Assembly (NCBI RefSeq): GCF_964264695.1
Contig: NZ_OZ183474.1
Source of the DNA: Aliivibrio logei
GTDB taxonomy: Bacteria; Pseudomonadota; Gammaproteobacteria; Enterobacterales; Vibrionaceae
Strand: one strand, 5' to 3'
DNA length: 24,000 nt
The stretch's first letter is position 1; every line of letters starts with the position of its first letter. Under the pieces are notes generated by a model. It was not told the DNA's origin. It ran no database searches and saw nothing but the letters and a program-made list of their open reading frames with translations. Below, in pieces: positions 20,141 through 24,000 of the stretch. A program made the translations under genes and the position numbers.

Positions 20141-21151
20141 ATGAAAGTATTAGTAACTGGCGGAATGGGCTATATAGGTAGCCACACATGTATTCAAATG
20201 ATTGAAGCAGGTATTGAACCTATCATTTTGGATAACTTGGGAAACAGCAAAGTCGCAGTGCTTGATCGCATTGAAGCGTTAACTCAAGTTCGTCCTGTTT
20301 TTTATCAGGGAGACATTCGTGATGAAGCCTTTCTAGATAGTATTTTTGCTGAGCATTCTATTTCATCGGTTATTCACTTTGCGGGATTAAAAGCCGTCGG
20401 TGAGTCTGTTGCAAAACCTCTGGAGTATTACGATAACAATGTGAATGGCTCATTGGTTTTAGCTCGCTCAATGCGAAAAGCAAATGTAAAGAGCATCGTA
20501 TTTAGCTCATCTGCAACCGTATATGGTGATCCTGCTATTGTTCCTATTACTGAAAACTCACCAACAGGGGCGACAACCAATCCTTATGGTCGCAGTAAAT
20601 ACATGGTTGAAGAGTGTTTCTCTGATCTGTTTGATGCAGAGAACGATTGGAGTATCACTTTACTTCGCTATTTCAACCCAGTCGGCGCGCATCCCTCTGG
20701 TAGCATGGGTGAAGATCCGCAAGGTATTCCAAATAATCTAATGCCATTTATTGCTCAAGTGGCGGTAGGCCGTCGTGAATCATTATCTGTATTTGGTAAT
20801 GATTATCCGACACCAGATGGCACTGGCGTTCGTGATTATATTCATGTGATGGATTTAGCGGATGGGCACATCGCTGCATTAAAAGCCGTGGGTGAAAAAT
20901 CAGGCCTGCATATTTACAACTTAGGTACAGGTAAAGGCTCAAGTGTATTAGAAATGATTGAGGCATTTGCACAAGCTTCGGGCAAACCCGTTCCTTATAC
21001 CTTATGTCCTCGTCGTGCTGGTGACATTGCTGAATGCTGGGCAAGCACTGAAAAAGCAGAAAAAGAATTGGGCTGGAAAGCGACTCGTAATGTGATGGAA
21101 ATGAGCGCGGATACATGGCGTTGGCAGTCGAATAATCCTGAAGGTTATTAA
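20141..21151 (+). CDS. galE: UDP-glucose 4-epimerase
   Basis: 336 aa with the Rossmann motif VLVTGGMGYIGSH and the SDR catalytic YGRSK. The AGGAAGAG ribosome-binding site lies upstream. It is the first gene of a galETKM-ordered cluster. Confidence 0.95.
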   Translation: MKVLVTGGMGYIGSHTCIQMIEAGIEPIILDNLGNSKVAVLDRIEALTQVRPVFYQGDIRDEAFLDSIFAEHSISSVIHFAGLKAVGESVAKPLEYYDNNVNGSLVLARSMRKANVKSIVFSSSATVYGDPAIVPITENSPTGATTNPYGRSKYMVEECFSDLFDAENDWSITLLRYFNPVGAHPSGSMGEDPQGIPNNLMPFIAQVAVGRRESLSVFGNDYPTPDGTGVRDYIHVMDLADGHIAALKAVGEKSGLHIYNLGTGKGSSVLEMIEAFAQASGKPVPYTLCPRRAGDIAECWASTEKAEKELGWKATRNVMEMSADTWRWQSNNPEGY

Positions 21152-21236
21152 AAGATCTAAGGTTTCAGGGAGAGATTTATAAGATAGCCCTTCCTTGAAT
21201 TAGCTAATCACTTTTAAAGAATTGAGTATAAAAATT

Positions 21237-22286
21237 ATGTCAAATGTTGAGTTTAACCCTGTCGATCATCCGCATCGTCGTTATAACCCATTAACGGGTC
21301 AGTGGATTTTAGTATCACCACATCGTGCGAAACGTCCATGGAGTGGTCAAGATGAAAAGCCATCAACGGCTGAGTTACCGCAATACGACAAAGGCTGTTT
21401 CTTGTGCCCAACGAATGATCGTATCTCAGGTGATACTAACCCAGATTATAAAGGCACTTACGTATTTGGTAATGACTTTGCTGCACTGATGACGGATTCA
21501 CCTGAAGCGCCGCAATCGTCTAATCCGCTATTTAAAACACAAGGGGTTCGTGGATTAAGTCGTGTTATCTGTTTTTCACCTGATCACAGCAAAACCTTAC
21601 CAGAGCTGCCAGTTGGTCAAATTCGTAATGTGATTGATACATGGAGCGATCAAATTGAAGAGTTAGGAAAAGAGTACGTTTGGGTTCAAGCATTTGAGAA
21701 TAAAGGCGAGACAATGGGGTGTTCTCAACCGCATCCACACGGTCAAATCTGGGCAAACAGTTTCCTACCCAATGAGATTGAGCGCAAAGAAAAACATCTT
21801 AAAGAGTATTACCAAGAACACGGTTCAAACTTGTTAGTTGATTATGTTGAATCAGAACTAAAAGATGGCGAACGTACGGTAGTAGAAACAGAACATTGGA
21901 TTGCTGTTGTCCCTTATTGGGCAGCATGGCCGTTTGAAACCATGCTACTACCAAAAACACACATTCGTCGCATGAGTGAATTAACGGACGAGCAACGTGA
22001 TGATTTGGCGTTAGCAATCAAAAAACTAACCAGCCGTTACGACAACTTGTTCCAGTGTTCATTCCCATACTCAATGGGTTGGCATTACGCGCCTTTCTTT
22101 GAAGAGGGCACAGACGTTGATCATTGGCAACTGCATGCACTGTTTTATCCGCCACTGCTTCGCTCTGCATCGGTACGTAAATTCATGGTGGGTTACGAAA
22201 TGCTAGCCGAAAGCCAACGAGATTTAACAGCCGAGCAAGCCGCGCAAAAACTGCGTGATGTGAGTGATGTGCATTATAAAGATTAA
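21237..22286 (+). CDS. galT: Galactose-1-phosphate uridylyltransferase
   Basis: [30 protein letters not shown] is nearly identical to the E. coli GalT N-terminus. The HIT-like active-site motif [11 protein letters not shown] is present. I place the start at ATG 21237 (MSNVEF...) rather than the track's TTG at 21222. Confidence 0.93.
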   Translation: MSNVEFNPVDHPHRRYNPLTGQWILVSPHRAKRPWSGQDEKPSTAELPQYDKGCFLCPTNDRISGDTNPDYKGTYVFGNDFAALMTDSPEAPQSSNPLFKTQGVRGLSRVICFSPDHSKTLPELPVGQIRNVIDTWSDQIEELGKEYVWVQAFENKGETMGCSQPHPHGQIWANSFLPNEIERKEKHLKEYYQEHGSNLLVDYVESELKDGERTVVETEHWIAVVPYWAAWPFETMLLPKTHIRRMSELTDEQRDDLALAIKKLTSRYDNLFQCSFPYSMGWHYAPFFEEGTDVDHWQLHALFYPPLLRSASVRKFMVGYEMLAESQRDLTAEQAAQKLRDVSDVHYKD

Positions 22287-22446
22287 AAGCAGGGCGCTTT
22301 GCTTAAGGACGCTTCGCTAAAGGATTCAGGGGTATTTGTTGTGACTATGGTGGTTTAATGAATGTAACCCTGAAACCTGCAAGGGAGCTTGCGACCGACC
22401 TGAAACCTAAAGATAGAATTCCCTACAAAATTTTGAGAACAAGATT

Positions 22447-23607
22447 ATGACAAACTTAATTAAAAACGTAAAAGACGCATTCAACTCAGTACTTTCTTAC
22501 GCTCCAACACATATTGTTCAAGCGCCGGGCCGTGTGAACTTAATTGGTGAACACACTGATTACAACGACGGTTTCGTATTGCCTTGTGCGATCAATTACC
22601 AAACCGTAGTGGCAGCTGCAAAGCGTGATGACAATATCGTTCGTGTGGTATCGGTAGATTATGGCAATGAAACCGACGAGTTTGATATTACTCAAGAGAT
22701 CACATTCCAAGAAAACAAAATGTGGTCGAACTACATTCGTGGTGTGGTGAAGTGTTTAATTGGTCGTGGTTTTGAATTCAAAGGGGCAGATATTTCAGTA
22801 TCAGGAAACGTTCCTCAAGGTGCAGGCCTTAGTTCATCAGCAGCGCTAGAAGTGGTTATTGGTCAGACGTTTAAGGAACTGTATAACTTAAGCATTAGCC
22901 AAGCTGAAATCGCGCTCAATGGTCAGCAAGCTGAGAACGAATTTGTGGGTTGTAACTGCGGCATTATGGACCAAATGATCTCTGCGGAAGGTAACGAAAA
23001 CCACGCGATGTTACTCGATTGTCGTTCATTAGAAACAACAGCAGTATCAATGCCAGAAGATATGTCAGTGATTATTATTAACTCAAACAAAAAACGTGGC
23101 TTGGTTGATTCAGAATACAACACTCGCCGTGAACAATGTGAAGAAGCCGCACGTATCTTTGGTGTAAAAGCACTGCGCGATGTAAGCATTGAAGAGTTCA
23201 ACGCAAAAGCACATGAATTAGATGAAATGGTCGCAAAACGTGCGCGTCACGTGATTACAGAAAATGATCGTACCGAAGAAGCCGCAAAAGTGTTAGCGTC
23301 AGGGGATATGAAACGCATGGCTGTTCTTATGGCTGAATCTCATGCCTCAATGCGTGATGATTTTGAAATCACAGTAAACGAAGTCGATACCTTAGTTGAT
23401 ATCGTTAAAAACGTGATTGGCACAGAAGGCGGCGTTCGTATGACAGGTGGTGGTTTTGGTGGCTGTATCGTAGCTTTAGTTCCGCCAGTATTAGTGGATG
23501 AAGTTAAAGCAGCGGTTGAAGAGCTATACGAAACCGCAACAGGCCTAAAAGAATCAATTTATGTGTGCCAAGCAAAAAATGGTGCAGGTTTAGTAGAAGT
23601 GCTGTAA
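22447..23607 (+). CDS. galK: Galactokinase
   Basis: GHMP kinase signatures [24 protein letters not shown] and [17 protein letters not shown], collinear with E. coli GalK. Confidence 0.95.
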   Translation: MTNLIKNVKDAFNSVLSYAPTHIVQAPGRVNLIGEHTDYNDGFVLPCAINYQTVVAAAKRDDNIVRVVSVDYGNETDEFDITQEITFQENKMWSNYIRGVVKCLIGRGFEFKGADISVSGNVPQGAGLSSSAALEVVIGQTFKELYNLSISQAEIALNGQQAENEFVGCNCGIMDQMISAEGNENHAMLLDCRSLETTAVSMPEDMSVIIINSNKKRGLVDSEYNTRREQCEEAARIFGVKALRDVSIEEFNAKAHELDEMVAKRARHVITENDRTEEAAKVLASGDMKRMAVLMAESHASMRDDFEITVNEVDTLVDIVKNVIGTEGGVRMTGGGFGGCIVALVPPVLVDEVKAAVEELYETATGLKESIYVCQAKNGAGLVEVL

Positions 23608-23616
23608 GGAATACAC

Positions 23617-24000
23617 ATGACAGAACAATCAACATTGTTCGAAACCATGACACAGGAGGCGGCCAGCGATGGTCGCCTTGCTCAGTTATTCGAACTCAAA
23701 AATGAAAGCGGAATGCGCGCTGTGTTTATGGACATCGGCGCAACCTGGTTAAGCTGTAAAGTGCCAGTAAAAGGTAAACTACGTGAAGTCTTACTGGGTC
23801 AATCAACAATGGCTGGTTTTAAAAAACAAGCAAGTTATATGGGTGTTACTGTAGGTCGCTATGCCAATCGAATTGCGAATGGTCAGTTTAAAATTGATGG
23901 CACTAAATACCAAGTAGATACCAACCAAGCAGGCAATACTTTACACGGTGGTACAGAAGGGTTTGATAAGCGACGTTGGTCAGTCGTAAAAGAAACGACA
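23617..24000 (+). CDS. galM: Aldose 1-epimerase (galactose mutarotase), 5' part only; runs off the window
   Basis: The AAGGA ribosome-binding site is followed by ATG 23617. VGRYANRIANGQFKIDGTKYQVDTNQAGNTLHGG is the characteristic mutarotase motif. The frame is open to the end of the window. Confidence 0.9.
   Translation, partial: MTEQSTLFETMTQEAASDGRLAQLFELKNESGMRAVFMDIGATWLSCKVPVKGKLREVLLGQSTMAGFKKQASYMGVTVGRYANRIANGQFKIDGTKYQVDTNQAGNTLHGGTEGFDKRRWSVVKETT

Noticed and set aside
20523-23201. ORFs 20523-20741, 20748-21116, 21565-21756, 21799-22017 and 22923-23201
   Set aside because: They are alternative-frame or antisense ORFs inside galE, galT and galK.

Overview
AT-rich gamma-proteobacterial chromosome segment. 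The vSGLT-type symporter, gal genes and overall composition suggest Vibrionaceae. Positions 1-5820 are a visibly more AT-rich accessory patch scarred by insertion sequences. It holds a full-length IS630-family element followed by a 203-bp partial tandem copy, and a decayed IS6/IS26-family element. It also holds two ~70-bp repeats that start with an IS6-type terminal inverted repeat, a 42-codon stub of a different IS630-type transposase, a DnaB-like helicase N-terminal stub, and a ~200-bp GC-richer orphan fragment. Two intact signal-peptide genes sit among these: an orphan 371-aa Cys-containing protein and a 280-aa beta-propeller. Positions 5821-24000 look like conserved core. They encode a membrane sensor HD-GYP phosphodiesterase and an ebgR-ebgA-ebgC-APC permease cluster collinear with E. 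coli ebg. Next is a translationally coupled pair of unknown role (a DEDDh exonuclease and a cNMP/CBS/DUF294 nucleotidyltransferase). Last is sglT, divergent from galE-galT-galK-galM (galM runs off the window), with two identical 17-bp GalR-type operators in mirror orientation between sglT and galE. I saw no rRNA, tRNA or CRISPR. The best candidates for something undescribed are the orphan secreted protein on the IS-bounded patch and the exonuclease/nucleotidyltransferase pair. Neither can be shown to be a new system from sequence alone. All homology statements rest on recalled family motifs and recalled E. coli / V. parahaemolyticus sequences, not on computed searches.
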